Shown here in pieces: positions 15,133-28,981 of a DNA stretch of 64,000 nucleotides. How positions within the stretch are numbered: the first letter of the stretch is position 1; every line of letters begins with the position of its first letter. The notes beneath the pieces were generated by a model. The model was given only the letters and a program-made list of their open reading frames with translations, was not told the DNA's origin and ran no database searches. The DNA comes from the human T2T-CHM13v2.0 reference genome, Homo sapiens, in NCBI RefSeq assembly GCF_009914755.1, contig NC_060947.1; one strand, 5' to 3'. The position numbers and the translations under genes were made by a program.

Positions 15133-15240
15133 ATGAGAGAGGTTATGCATGCATGGGGGCAGGGAGTATATGGGAAATCTCTGCACTTTTTGCACAATTT
15201 TGCTGTGAATGTAAAACTGCTATAAAAAAAAGTCTCTTGA
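15133..15240 (+). mobile_element. Short L1MC-like 3' end fragment
   Basis: ggggcagggagtatatgggaaatctctgcac...ttttgctgtgaa..taaaactgct; flanks aaattagattaac / aaatagattagc are TSD-like. Confidence 0.7.
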
Positions 15241-16194
15241 GAAATAGATTAGCAATATGATTCAACAATTCCACTCATTGGTTTATACTCAAGATAATTG
15301 AAAATATATGATTACAAAAAACTTTTACATAAATGCTCATAGCAGCATTATTCACAATAGCCAAAAATTAGAAACACAAATATCCATAAAGAAAATGTGG
15401 TATATTCCCAAAGTGGAATGTTATTCAGCAATAAAAAGAAATGAAATACTTATACATGCTGCAACATGAATGAACCTTGAAAATATTATGCTAAATAAAA
15501 GACAACAGAACACAAAAGGGCACATATTTTATAATTTTATTTCTATGACATGTCCATAATAGACAAATCCATAGTGACGGAATGTACATTCATTTATGTC
15601 CATGGTATGAGGGAAGAGAGAAATGAGAAGTGACAATTAATGAGTATCAAGTTTATTTATGTGTTGATAAAAATATTTTAAAAGAAGATAGTAGTGATGA
15701 TTGCACAGCTATATGACTATACTAAGCAACAATGAATTGAACAATTGAATTGCATGAAATTTGTGTTATGTGAATTATATCTCAATATAACTTTTATAAA
15801 AATGTACTGTTATAGTCATCTAACATAAAATTCATGTGACAATTATTATATTCAGAATAAGTAAATTGACTAATTTTTTCTAAAATTTCTGATTAAATTT
15901 TGTGTTTAACAAACACATCTCTAATTCATAATACTATAAAGACCAGTATTTTTATTGCTACTTAAATATACCTGAATATCAGAAGTGATGTAATATAAAA
16001 CTGGATAAAAACATAACTTCCCAATTAAAAATTTTAAAAATGTGTGGAGCATCACTTGAATTTTCTGGTTTCTGACAAATGACAACTACATTAGACTGCT
16101 GGTTCTGTCTCCAAAAAAAGACAACCATTGACCAACACGTCTCAGACGATAATGTGAATACTTGGAGATTTTGCTAATATGTTTTTATATTTTG

Positions 16195-16297
16195 CTAGGT
16201 GTTGGGTGAGGCCAGAAATTCTGCATTTTCAACAAGCTTCCATTTGATGTAGGTGCTGCTGATTCACTTAGCTCACTTTGGGTAGCAAATCCTTAGA
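16195..16297. mobile_element. MER5-like hAT-Charlie DNA transposon fragment
   Basis: gaaattctgcattttcaacaagcttcc...gatg...gtgctgctg...cactttgggtagca. Confidence 0.6.
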
Positions 16298-17067
16298 GGG
16301 AGTATAGAAGAGAGAGTAGCTTGTATCAAAGGAACTATCATAAAAGTAGAGAAAATCCTTGATGTATCAAAGCTGTGATAAACTGTGATGAGGGCTTGGC
16401 AGCAGCCTTGAGTATAAAAGACAAGATACAGGCATAGGATCAGAGATTAGAGAAGAGCTTTGAAGTTTTGTCTTTACTTTTTCACATCATCGCCTTGGAA
16501 GAATCATTGTCATCCTATTCTTACTGAGAGCCTTGTTTGAACAGCTACGGCCCATGCCTACTGGTATTCAACAAGTAAGAATATCAAAGCAGATTCAAAG
16601 TTGTGATGGGTTGAACAAAAATAGATGCCCTGGTTTCTACTCAGGGAGATAGAGAACTGGAAACTGTTTTCTTCCACCCTTATAACAACAATGAAAGTCA
16701 GACAAGCAGCAAATTCTCTGTTTTTCTTGAACCTTAACATAAAGCTGAGATTGCAGGGCAACAAAGAGAGACTTGGTTTTTACTGGAAGAAATGAGATGA
16801 TAGCAATGGTCTACTTGTAGATAGAGCTAGACGCCATTAAGAATAGTTGAGTTAGGGTGATTGGCGTATTGGTAGAGGCCAAGTATACACTAGTGAGAGA
16901 TCATGAAACTCCTAGTGGCCACAGTTATAGACTCTGCATCTTCTTGCAGGTGTTTACTCCACAAACTTCACATGTTGCTCACAGAAATGACTAAAGTGAG
17001 TCTGGAGAATGTGTACTCCTTAGTACCTAGTGTAGGGGCAGGCAATTCACTCCGACTTCTGTATATC

Positions 17068-17469
17068 TGTCTTAGTCCATTTAGTGTTGCTGTAACAGAA
17101 TACTACAGATTGGGTAATTTATAAACAATAGAAGTTTATTTGGGTCATGACTCTGGAGGCTGGAAAGTCCAAGATAATTAGGTTGCATTTGATGAGGGCC
17201 TTCTTGCTGCATTATTACATTATAGTAGGCATCCCATAGCTAGAGAAGATGATAAAAAGTAAGAGCATGCAAGAAAGAGAGAAAAAGAGGGCCAGACTCC
17301 CAATGTAACTAACACACTCCTGAGATAACACCATTAATCCATTCATGAAGCCAGAGCTCTCATGATCTAATTACCTCCTAAAAGTCCCACTTCTATTGGT
17401 TGGTATTAACCATTGAAATGGCAATGAAATTTGAACATGAGATTTAGAGGGGACATTCAAACCATAGCA
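17068..17469 (-). mobile_element. MST-type MaLR solo LTR
   Basis: tgtcttagtccattt...ggacattcaaaccatagca termini; 5-bp TSD atatc/atacc. Confidence 0.88.
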
Positions 17470-17659
17470 ATACCTTATAGAACAGATGTGTTCATCTATG
17501 TTAATTTAAGGACAACAGATACTGTCCCCCAAAGGGCTCTGGTGAATACTCATTGCAGTTTAAAAAAAAAAAAGAAAAGAAAAAGAAAGAAAAAGGAAAA
17601 AAAAGAAAATAACAAACCACCTCTTGCCCCGAGAAAGGGGCTGGAATTCAACATTTCTG

Positions 17660-19890
17660 TCAAATAGAAAATCCCAAACAATCTATAAAAAGCTCCTAGA
17701 AATACTATATTCATTTATCAAAGTCAGAGGATATATGATCACTATACAATTAAATTAAATTATATTTCTATATATTGGCAGTAAACAATTGGAATTTAAA
17801 ATAAAAATATACCATTTAACATAGAAGAAATACTTAAGTATCTAATATTAAGTACTTAGTATAAGTATGTATAACAAAATAAATTAGAGATATATATGCT
17901 ATAAACTACAAAACACTGATGAAAGCAATCAGTGAGAAATAAATAGAGAAATATAGCATGCACATGACGTTGGAAAACTAAATGTTGTTAGGCTATCAAA
18001 TTGATCTCTAGATTCAATTCAATTCCAGTGAAAATACCATCACATATTCTTATAGTCAATATCAGTAAGTTGACTCTAAAATATATATATAAAGGCATTG
18101 CCATTAAAATAGCCAAAACAATTTTGAAAAGGCGGAAGAAATTCTGAAACTACGATAATTAAGACTGGGTGGTATTGACAAAAGAATAGATGTGTAGATC
18201 AAAAGAATAGAATTGAGAGGCAAGGAATATATCTACACAAATATAATCAACTGGGTGTTTTTGGTTACAAAAGTGCAAAAGCAATTAAATCAAGTAAGGC
18301 TAGTGTTTTCAACAAATATTACTTGAATAATTGGAAGTGCATATGTAAAAAATGAGCATTGGCCTATACCTCACATCTCGTACTAAAATTATCTCAAAGT
18401 AGATCATAGATCTAAATGTAAACCCACACAACTTTTATATACATACATATATACACGTATATACATGTATACACATATCTATTTGTATTGGACTTTACCA
18501 TATTAAAATTTCTGCTTTATGAAAGACTATTAAGAGAAAGAAAAGACAAGCTACAGACTGGGGGAAAGTATTTTTGAATAACATATTCCACAAATTTCTT
18601 GTATGCAGGATACATAAAGAACTCTCCAAATTCAACAACAAGAAAATAAACAACCAAATTTGAAAAATAGTCAAAAGTTCTGAAAAGATACATCACCAAA
18701 AAAAGATAGAAAGATAGAAAAAAGACATATATAAGTTGCCCAATACAATTACTATATAATCCAGAAATCTCTTTTCCAGCTGTTTCACCAAAATACATTA
18801 GAATTACCAAGCATCGTATGTTTTCACTCATAAGTGGGAGCTAAGCTATGAGGATGCCAAGGCGTAAGAATGATACAATGGACTTTGGGGACTCGCGGGG
18901 AAAGGGTGAGAAGGGAGTGAGGGATAAAAGGCTACCAACTGGGTTCGGTGAATACTACTTGGGTGCTGGGTGCACCAAAATCTCACAAATCACCACTAAA
19001 GAACTTACTCATGTAATCAAGTACCATCAGTTCCCCCCAAAACCTATGGAAATAAAACTTTTTTAAAAAAAGAATTGCTGATCACAATAAGCACTACATG
19101 AGATAATTTATAGCAGATTTTCCTAATTGCCTCTAAACTGAAGACAAACCAAATGCCCTTCAATTGGTGAATGAATACCTCATCTCTGTGACATCCATCA
19201 AATACAGTACTACTCAACAATGAAAACAACAACGACTATTGATTCACACAACATAGGTGCATCTTAAATGAATTTCACTAAGTAAAAGAAGCCAAAACAA
19301 CAAGACCCCACAAGACTACATATTGATATTGTTTGATTCAACTTTTATGGCATTTTGGTAAAGGTGAAGTTATTGAGATTAAAAACACATCAGTGTTTGC
19401 CAGGTGCTAACAGATGACGGTAGGGATTGACTACAAAGGTGCAGCACGTTGGAATTTTGGGGGTGATCACACTTTTCTTTATGGAAATGTGATGGCAGGT
19501 ACGTGAAAATGTATTCCTCAAGTTCCTATAGGTGTGTACCACAAAGAGTGAATGCTAGTGTAAGTAATTTTATAAAATCAACCAACATATGTAAGTAATT
19601 AAGGACAAAATGCAGGCTGTGGCAAATGAATATAACTGGGTTACAAATGTTGGACAACCTCACTGATGGTAATGAAAAAGAAATGAGCTTATTTAATGGT
19701 AAAGAAATATAACTGTGTAGTCTAAGACTAAAGGTGTAAAGAACTATACATACACACCTTACTCTAGTTTCTGACAGGGGTATGGCTTTGCAATTCTGAA
19801 AGCACTTTATATACATACTAGGGTTTAACCAATACATAAAAATATTGTAGATAATGAGATTGAGATTTTTCACTGTTAACAAAATAAGGT
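17660..19890 (+). mobile_element. Old L1MD/MC-like element (ORF2 3' half plus 3'UTR) interrupted by L1PB
   Basis: tagaaaatcccaaa, aaactacaaaacactgatgaaag and gacaagctacagactggg ORF2 remnants; long 3'UTR at 19075-19890. Confidence 0.7.
18806..19070 (+). mobile_element. L1PB1-like 3' end
   Basis: cactcataagtgggagctaagctatgaggatgc.aaggc.taagaatgatacaatggactttgggg; A-tail; agaatt on both flanks. Confidence 0.85.
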
Positions 19891-20323
19891 GGGGCGGGTG
19901 TCATAATGAATTCTGTGGTCCTGAGTTGTGATTGGTGGAGTGGGAAATAACAGGATAACAGTTAGTTGTTGCTGTATTGTTATGTATTCATTGACTTCTG
20001 CTTGGAGGATTTTTTTTTAATTCATTGTTTTCCTGTTATGGATGTGATTTTCCTGCAACAAGATATTAAGCTCCTTCAAGACAATTTCTGTCCCTCCTCT
20101 AATGTCTGTACAAGACAAGGATGTGCTATCTGGTGGATACAGTCTATGTCCACTGCTAACTGACTGATTCTCTATCAGTGTAAAAGGCTAGTAAATTATC
20201 TTTTTCAGATCAAAAGTTATCATTGCTTCCAGTCCAGAGAAAAATAAATATTAACTACAAAAGTGAAATATTTTGCTTTTATTGATAGCTATGGGTGGCA
20301 AATATACATTCAGAGAAGCACAT

Positions 20324-20521
20324 TTTACTTAGGTAAGAGAGTACATCTTAGGTTCTCACCACATACATATACACAAAATAGTGACTATGTGAAGTGATGA
20401 ATATGTTAATTAGCTTGATTTTGGGAATCACTACACAAGGTATACTTATATCAAAACACAATTTATGTTCTATATACATATACTCTTTATTTGCCAATTA
20501 TACATCAAAGCTGGACAAAAA
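20324..20521 (+). mobile_element. Short L1MA8/9-like 3' end
   Basis: taagagagta.atctta.gttctcaccac...tatgttaattagcttgatt; perfect TSD agagaagcacat at 20312-20323 and 20522-20533. Confidence 0.85.
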
Positions 20522-21720
20522 AGAGAAGCACATGTAGGTTATCATTATTCAGCCAACTGAATTTAAAATCATTAATTCGATTACATTGAATCTTATATCA
20601 AAAATGTTATTTATAAGTTTTGATCAGGAAATAATACTTTGAAAAATACAGAAGTTGTTTGCTATGCATTAGTTGAAAATCCTTAGTGATCTGTGTTTAC
20701 TAGACTGATTTTGTGACAATATGCTATAGAAATCCTATAGAAATGTTCAATGTCATAGCTTCTCAGATGAAAAAGTACTGGACATTGTCTGTGAAGTGTC
20801 CAGGACATCTGTGATTCAAGAGATAATTAAGTCTTCCAATTCCAGGTGTAAAGCAATCCCGGTTTTGAAGCTAATATACATGTCATGGGTGTATCATGTC
20901 ATGGTTTTTCTTCTTCACAGAAAATGGGAGTAGAGAGATTTGAGGGAATTTATAAAGATCACCATTTGCCCCTTGTTTTCAGACAAGAAATTGTCTCACA
21001 CCATGAAGAATCTAGGCCATTTGGAAACTTATTGAAAAAGAAAATGTCGCATTCAACATAGGGATTATTTCCACTGTTTAAAATTAACCTCCACCCAATA
21101 TAGGTCAGTATTTCAGATATTCACTTAAAATTCAGATACTTCCTCTTTTTGTTCCAGACTCAGCGTAGTAATCATGTCTGTAATTGAGAATTCCTTTTAC
21201 TACTCCTCCATCCTGTATTGCCTTTTATAGGTCAATTTTGGTTTCTTTAAGCCATAAATCTTGAATTCCTTTCACATACTTTCCTGCCACGTGGATGAAT
21301 TTCTGCAAGAAATAAAGAAACTGGCACTAGCACTCTAAAGTTAAAAGTAACTCCATGCCTTTTCAGTCTCCTTACCCATGTTGATGATCATTGATTAAAC
21401 ATTTGAACCTCAAGGTACTCAACAGAATGGGTAATTTTGAAACATTGAATTTCTATTCCATTATTACACTGTAGTGTATTTTTCAAAGCAGCTCATATAG
21501 AAATAAAGAAGACAGCTTGCAATTGTTTATAAAGCCTTACAGGTAACTCTCATAGTATTAATCTTCTGAGACTTAAAATTTGTTTTTATTTCCAATATAA
21601 TATACTTTTTGTTTCCCAAGCAGAAGCAAAATTTTCTTTTACTATTGCTCAAATTTCCATAGGTATCTTTTAATAAAGTAAAACTATTGTTGTATTTACT
21701 CTCCCTCTTTTTTGAAACAG

Positions 21721-21818
21721 ATGTTATCCCTTCTGAGAGATGGATAGTAAATTTTGACAAAGACCTTTCAGATGGTCTTGTTTTTGCAACACAGTTGGGA
21801 GCCTATTGCCCATTCTTG
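21721..21818 (+). CDS. CFAP47: CFAP47 internal coding exon A (start of CH domain core): (D)VIPSERWIVNFDKDLSDGLVFATQLGAYCPFL
   Basis: Polypyrimidine tract plus acag acceptor ending at 21720; TTG|gtaaga donor; 98 nt, phase 1 in, phase 0 out. The DLSDGLVF..L motif is typical of calponin-homology domains. Gene name is from recalled protein similarity, not a search. Confidence 0.88.
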
Positions 21819-22110
21819 GTAAGAGTCGTTTTTATGCATAATGATCTTCTATTATTTAAAAAAACTTAGTGATTAAAATTTGAAGTGTATTTTCTGTAAA
21901 CAGATTATTTCGAATGTCTTACATTCAAGTCAAACACCTGAATCTGCATGGCCAGCACTACCTTTTTGTTTATTCTTGCATTTTGATTGCAATAATTTAT
22001 TACTGACAAATATTAATATTTAAATGATTCTTTGCCTAACTATAGAGAACACTTAAAAAACAGAATTTTTTATTCCATTACCAAAAGGTTTGATTTTTTT
22101 TTTTTTACAG

Positions 22111-22227
22111 ATTGAGTCTCATTTTATAAATATGTACACACGACCAAAAAGTCCTGAAGAGTATCTGCACAATTGCCTGATTATTGTAAATACTCTTTAT
22201 GAAATTGACTTTGACGTGGAAATACAG
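22111..22227 (+). CDS. CFAP47: CFAP47 coding exon B: IESHFINMYTRPKSPEEYLHNCLIIVNTLYEIDFDVEIQ
   Basis: T-tract plus tacag acceptor; CAG|gtgggt donor; 117 nt, phase 0/0, in frame with exon A. Confidence 0.9.
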
Positions 22228-22889
22228 GTGGGTGCCTTTATATTAAACATTCTACAAACATTTTATAAATTTCTTTTGATAGCTTGCTCATTTATAATAT
22301 TGCTTTGTTCATATTTTTGAAATTTAAATTGAAACAGGCTTTTGATGAGACATTGCTAAAATGTAGAAATTGAAATATGACTCCACAGAAATCGACTGGA
22401 TATTTTAAAATTTGTATAATTATATACATCCAGCTGTGCATAATAGGAAAGTACTTCCAGTCCAAGTGCCTGAAACCCCAAAAATAAACATTGAGTGAAT
22501 TATAATCATTACTCAAAATCTAAGAATGAACTAAAAGAGCATATTTATTTAAATATAGATGTCATATTATTATCTTCTAATTTAGTAGCAAAAATAAATT
22601 TTCACTTTAGTATTAAAATAAATGTTTGTATAGTGGTCATAATGGCAATATACGTTTTAATTGTATGTTGACCTTCAAGTTGTAATTCCTTTTGGCTTTT
22701 CACATCAAGACCTCAATAGCAATAATCAAAAATATATTGGATTCTTACTATTTTATGAGCCTTTTGTTTGTTACTTAGGGGCAATAAAATGGTAAAATAA
22801 ATGATTCCTGACTTTGAATATATAAATTCATTAAATTATCAAGATATTTGCCTGTTAAAAGATAATGCTCTACTTATTTAATTGTTAAT

Positions 22890-24100
22890 AATGGTCTATG
22901 AAAAAAATGAAGTATAGAATTCAGATGAAGGAAGAGATCAATGTGATGCAGACTGATACATCAAAGACAGTGTGGAAGAGACAGAATTTAATTGGCATCT
23001 GGAAGGGTGAATTGGATTTGCATTGGTAGTGGTAAGAAAGAAAGTTGTTTGCTCAGAGGAAGTAACATGAACAGAATGTAGAGTTTGAAAAAGTGACATA
23101 CGTTAAGGAAATTGTGTGAATAGGTTTCCCCAGTTGAAGTTTGGTATTGGAAACAGAGACATAGGCATATACTAGGATATTGAATATCAGCATAAAAAAA
23201 TCAGGAGTTTATCCTGTGGGCATTATGGGGGATAAAAGGCCTTTACTCTTGCAACAACAATTGTCAGGATGGACCGAGAGGAAAGGAACTGGTGACAGGG
23301 AACGCAGACCAGTCGCAATGCAATTTGAACTGGTCAAGGAGTACAGTAATTACTTTCTCTACTCTTATCATTTTAATTAGGATTTAAACATAATAAGCTG
23401 ATGTAGGAAAAATCATGAGGTTTGCTAGAGTTGGTGACCAGCCACAAAAGAAGGGCATTGGAGAAAGACTATTATAACTAACTCTGAGTTTTTCATTCTG
23501 TGATCCAGAAAGACTGATGATACTAGTGCCCAAAATGATATCTTACACCTGCTGGAGAAATGAGTTTTATAATTGCTCACTTTTTTCTTTGTATTGAAGT
23601 CACTTGCATGTTAATGTCACTTTGTACCATTCCTGACATTTGTATTCTTTTTATTTCATTTTCTTTTCATTTATTTTTTTTTGGTACAATTGTAAAGGGA
23701 AACTGCAATCAATAATTTTAGTCAGAGAGTTCTAATAGTAGAATTTTAAGGACAAACTCTAATAAAAGTCTTTGGTTTTGAAGAATAAAAATATTACAAT
23801 TCCCATAAATTCAACAAATTATTTAACCTCCCTCATGAAAGACACTGGATACATCCTTCAGGGGTGCAGATGTGACAAAACTACACTCATGCCTTCAAAG
23901 GTGTTGCAGACTAATAATCACAAGTTACATGAAACAAGGCTAATGCAAAGCGACAGTGAATGTCACAATAGACATAGAAATAATATGCTATGAGACTCAA
24001 AGGAGACAAGAAGTCACTCTAAAAAGGATACCAGGAAAATTTGCACAGAACACTTAGAGTTTAAGCTGACCCTTGAGAGTTTGGTAGGAGTTCATAAGAA
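22890..24100 (-). mobile_element. L2 fragments (about 22890-23560 and 23805-24100)
   Basis: Purine-rich degenerate L2 pattern; attcaacaaa.tattt at the L2 3' end near 23808. Confidence 0.5.
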
Positions 24101-24845
24101 ATTTAAAATACCTTTGTTTAGAAAAACCATACATTGTGACTCTCTCCTTTGCTTTTTGATTTCCTCACATATGTTGGCTCAATATATTTATTTTATTGTA
24201 TAGTCAAAAATAATTTAAAAATAAGTATCTACTAGATAAAAATGTAGAAAAGTTGTCCAAGATTTGATGAATGAAGTAATTGAAAGTCGGCTTAGCAGAT
24301 AATGACCAAAACTTTATCAGCCAATTCCAATGCCCTAACTCTTTATTAGCCCAGATTTACCAACCACACTAAATGGCAGATTTAAAACCATCACCCTCTA
24401 ATGAACTTATACATAATGAATTAATGCTGGTGCTTGTACTGGTCCACCATTGAATCCTGTAAAATTCAGCAATGGACTTAATTATTAATGCTTAAGTTTC
24501 TTCTTTATTATGTTCTTAATTGCAGCCTGAAAATTAGCTTCATAAGTTGCTGGGGTAATGTTATGTCTTTTTGGAGAATCCTGCCAGTAGGAATATACAG
24601 TTATTACATATTACATATTCTCCTTTTCATGACATGATTTTTATTTGAAGCAAAAATACTATGGAATTGTTTGACCACAGCGTAGAATGCATGTTTTGTT
24701 CCCTCATGCAAAGATAGATAACAAAATACATATAATAAGCATTTATGGAGCTTTAGTACACATAATTTAATGAGTAGTGATTGGAGCTAAGGGTGAATAG
24801 ATATTCTAATTTTGTCCTTAAATTTTTTTTTTTTTTTTTAATCAC

Positions 24846-25382
24846 TTGTTAGGGTTCTCTAGAGACACAGAAACAATAGGATATATGAGAGGGGATTTAT
24901 TAGGGGGAATTGGCTCACATGAACACAGAGTCAGAGCAGTCTCATGATAGGCTGCCTGCAAGCTGGAACACAGAAGAGCTGGTGGCATCGCTCAGTCCAG
25001 AAGCCTCAGAATCAGGGAAGCCAATGGTGCAGCCCCTAGTCCAAATCTAAAAGCCAGATAGCCCCCAGAGAGCACTGGTGCAAGTTTCAGAGTCTAAAAA
25101 TTGAAGAACCTAGTCTGATGTCCAAGGACAGGAGGAGAAAAGGTGTCTCACTCTGGAAGGGAGAGAAAGCAGAGAGTCCTCCTTCTTCTTACCTGTTTGT
25201 CCCAGCCCCAGCTGATTGGATGGTGTCTGTCCACATTGAGGGCAGATGTTTCTCTCTCAGTCCACTGACTCAGCTTCAACCTCCTCTGAAAACACTCTCA
25301 CAGACACCCAGAAACAATGCTTTACCAGCCATTTAGGTATCCCTCAATCCAGTCAAATTGACACCTAAAATTAACCTTCACA
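24846..25382 (-). mobile_element. MLT2B-like ERVL solo LTR
   Basis: agggttctctagagacacagaa...ccagtcaaattgacacctaaaattaaccttcaca; TSD atcac at 24841-24845 and 25383-25387. Confidence 0.88.
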
Positions 25383-25387
25383 ATCAC

Positions 25388-25880
25388 TAGGAAATTTTCA
25401 GCTTTAAAGAACAGAATTCTTGAGTAAAAGTGGTTTAAAAATAAGGAAATTTAATATTTTATAAAAAGATAAAGCCAGACAATCAAAGATTATAAGGATA
25501 ATTGTTCAGTTTTTTAACAAAGTTATCAGAGATTCAGTTTTGCTCAGCCATTCTTGACCTACAGAGTGTTTTAGGACTCTGCACAAATAACTCCCAAATT
25601 TCTGCAGAAGTCTCACATAACACCTTCATACAGTTCTGTCTGGGGCTGGCTGAGTGGCGTCTTTTCTTGTGCTTCTCTTTTTCCAGAAGGTAAACCTTTC
25701 CCAGCGGCCCCATGGCATATTCCCCATTGCATATCATTGACCGGAATTGAATCCTATTCTTGTGGCTAACCAGTGGTTGATTAAAAATAAAAAAAAAGAA
25801 TATTCACAAAAAGTTAGGTTCTTAGTAAAGAAGAAAGGGGAAAATGATTGTTGGGAAGGCATTCAATAGCTGTCTTTGTA
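25388..25880 (-). mobile_element. Old MLT1 (J/K/L-like) MaLR LTR
   Basis: Degenerate MLT1 motifs (tcattgaccggaattg; gtaaagaagaaaggggaaaatgattgttgggaaggca). Confidence 0.55.
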
Positions 25881-25939
25881 GGATTATAGTATATCATTAT
25901 GTACTGCTAATTATATTTGGCGTCTTATTTGAAAGTTAG

Positions 25940-26100
25940 TGATACCTTAAAAGATATGGCACATTAAATCCAGCATAAAACTCAAGATCTTATCACCCCT
26001 TCTATTTACTGATGATGAAACTGAGGCCCAGGAAATTCAATTGTCTTAAGAGCATGGCACTGTGTCATAGCAGGACTTGAATTAATTTACCAGATTTATT
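25940..26100 (-). mobile_element. MIR
   Basis: tttactgatgatgaaactgaggcccag core. Confidence 0.7.
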
Positions 26101-28248
26101 GATTTTTTTGTTATGATTTTTATGATTTTTTTGTTTGTTTACATTCCTGCATTTTGTTAATCTAGTAGGAAAACATAGTCATCAAGGAGAAAAAAAGGAC
26201 CAATACAATTGAAGTTATTTTTGGTTAGATCTATGTAGCGAAAATAATGATTATGTCCTTAAAAGTACTTTCATATGAAATTTTAGTTTTAAATAAACCT
26301 AACTTACTTTATTTAACATTTGGCTTTCTAGCCTAAGGTTGACAAAAGTCTGATTGCTTTAGGTCACTTTTGTTTAAATGTATAAGGAAAGGTAAGAATG
26401 CTCTTTTATTTGGTTTTTCAGTATAATGTCTTATTAAATATAGTTTCCCATTAAAAACGTATTTTTTAATTTGCCAAATTGCTGGATTTTTCAAAGTTTA
26501 GCTTTTGAAATAATTTTTATATTGCTATTTATATCATTTTATGGGTTACTTACTAAAACATGGTTCAAAAGACTTTGATTCATCCCAGACTTGAGCCCAG
26601 AGTGTTCTGCTATTAGTACTCCTCTTTTCCCCAGTAAACACACCTCCCGTCACCCTAGATAGCCCTCTTCGGATCATACCCTATAGGTTGATTCCAAACA
26701 CAGGGCCCAGCAGAGCCACACATTCTTCACTTAAAAATTTACCTTCTTAGGCTTCAAAAGTGGATGTGACAATTAAACTCTGCATTTTTTTATTTTGTTC
26801 TTATCTTAAATCATTTTTCTACATCTATTTACTAACGTCGTCTTTAAAGAATGTGAGACCACAAAATACTGATGAGAAACTTTATGGTCCTGGTATATTT
26901 CCAAGGCTTCCTCAAATTATACTCACAGTTAGCTTTCTACCCTGCTAAGGCAGGCCAGTTTTCTTTCTGTCAGTCTTTTGCCCAGGCACCTTCGTTGGTA
27001 AGCCTTACTTCTAATTAACAAAACAAGAAAGAACAAACTCTTCTATTTTCCCGAGAAGAATAAGAGAGCATGAGGAAATGTGGACTAGCAGATCACCAGT
27101 GGGGTTGTCATCATTCTCTAAAAACTGCTGCCAAATTTCAGAATCAAGTGCCTTAGTTCCACCTAGCACATTGGGTCTCCTTGGCTTTCACACTATTTGC
27201 ATTTCTAGGCCGGGCTCAGATCGTGTTCAGTTGCTAACTTGAATATGTGCCATTAAGTCATAGCAGACCTTCATTTCCATTTTGTGGAAGTACAGAGAGC
27301 TCCCTGTATATTGACACTGACAGAGTTGTTTGTCTATTAATGGTGTTTTTTATGTCTTCAAATCCCTCACACCAACCCCAATACTTTTGTGCTGTGAATA
27401 ACTTTTCCCCACTGCTTCTATCTTCTTCTGTTCCTGACATTACTTTTTGGCTTCAGCTTACGTTCTGGCTATGTTTATTGTCCTGATACCATTGCGCTGT
27501 AATTTTGGATTTTATCTCAAATATACTCCAGTAATCATTACTAATGTATTTTGTTTATCAGAGTAATTACAACCTCTGCCTTATTGTTTATCTGTTCTGG
27601 GAAAAGTACTTCTTCAACTGCCCCCTACCTGATCTGCCTGAATTGTTGCTCTTATTATGTTATTTCTTGTTCAGAAATCAAGTCCCTCACCCTGCCGTCT
27701 AAGACCTCCACAATGTAGCCTGGCACTCCTTAGTCTTTTTTCTCACTAATTGTCCCATCTTTTCTTATGCGTGACCCAAATGGTAGTTCTTTACTGAACA
27801 AACACTATGCTTCTCTATCTCCTCATCCTATAGTAATTTGCTTTTCTGAAAAAATACACTCTTTTCCTCACATCAAATACATATTTGAAGTTCAAGCATT
27901 CTATAAGGCCTATTTAATGTGCCATTGGTTCTATGGGCCTTTGCTTGAAAATCTCTTGCCATCTTTAACTTCAGGAGTAATAGTCACATTAGTCATAATT
28001 TCTAGAGTGTAGTGTTCTTCTGAGTTCCGACTAGCTTTTACGGAGTCTGAGGTTACTAGATCAGTGTTCTACTTAGGACACATTTATTTTTTAACACTTA
28101 GGTCAAGCTCTTCTGATTCAGAGCGGTATTATTGCTGTATCTATGTTTCAGTGTCATTGTCAATCACAAATATTTTAAATGTTTTAAAGTAATTCAATAA
28201 TTGATTTACTATGCTTTTCCTCTTTTTATATTTTTATCTATTATCTTA

Positions 28249-28836
28249 TTTGATGGTTAATATTAGGTGTCAACTTGACTGGATTGAAGGATGCCAAGAT
28301 GACTGGCAACGTTTTGTTTCTAGGTGTGTCTGAGGGTGTTTCCAAAGGAGATGGATGCAGGAGTCAGTGGCCTGAGAAAGGAAGATATGCCCTCAGTGTG
28401 GGTTGTTACCATCCGATTGGCTGTGGCAGTGGCCAGAACAAAGAGACAGAAGAAGGGGGATATTCAGTTTGCTTGTTTTTTTGTTTGTTTGTTCTTTTTT
28501 ATTTTTGTCGTGATCTCTTTCTCCCTTTGGAGCAGGATGCATTTTTTTCTCCTTCTGCCCTTGGACATCTGATTCCAGGTTTTTCAGCCTTTGGACTCTA
28601 GGACTTGCACCAGCAGCCTCCTTTGGGCTTTCAGCCTTCGGCCTCAGAATGGGGCCTGCACTGTAGCTTCCCTGGTTTGGGGGATTTGGGACTTGGCCTG
28701 AGCCATGCTTCTGGCTTCCCTGGGAGCCCCTATTGGCTTCTGTCATTCTGCAGTTTGTAGCCAGCCTACTGTGGGACTTCGCCTTTGTGATTGTTCAGCC
28801 AATTCTTCCTAATAAATTCCCGTTTATATATATATA

Positions 28837-28880
<44 letters not shown>

Positions 28881-28947
28881 TGTATGTGCATATATACAGA
28901 TATATATCCTATTGGTTCTCTACCTATGTAGAACTCTAACTAATGCA
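28249..28947 (+). mobile_element. MLT2A2/MLT2B-like ERVL solo LTR, sense to the host gene, containing a (TA)n(TG)n tract
   Basis: tgatggttaatattaggtgtcaacttgactggattga start; aataaa at 28811-28816; ends ...tattggttctc...gaactctaactaatgca. Confidence 0.88.
28826..28906. repeat. (TA)n/(TG)n compound microsatellite
   Basis: Read directly from the sequence. Confidence 0.95.
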
Positions 28948-28981
28948 TCCTCTAATTTCGATTTATCTTCTTTGAAACTAG

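Larger units (their letters stand above)
13410..15800 (+). mobile_element. Old L1MB-like element (host of two nested L1 insertions)
   Basis: LANGIQQY (ORF2) at 13420; resumes at about 14995 (aacaagtgttggcaagga) and about 15245; L1MB-type 3'UTR to about 15800. Confidence 0.7.

Noticed and set aside
8620-21700. Additional upstream CFAP47 exon
   Set aside because: I found no convincing acceptor-ORF-donor unit ending in phase 1. The previous exon probably lies before the window, though a small exon could have been missed.
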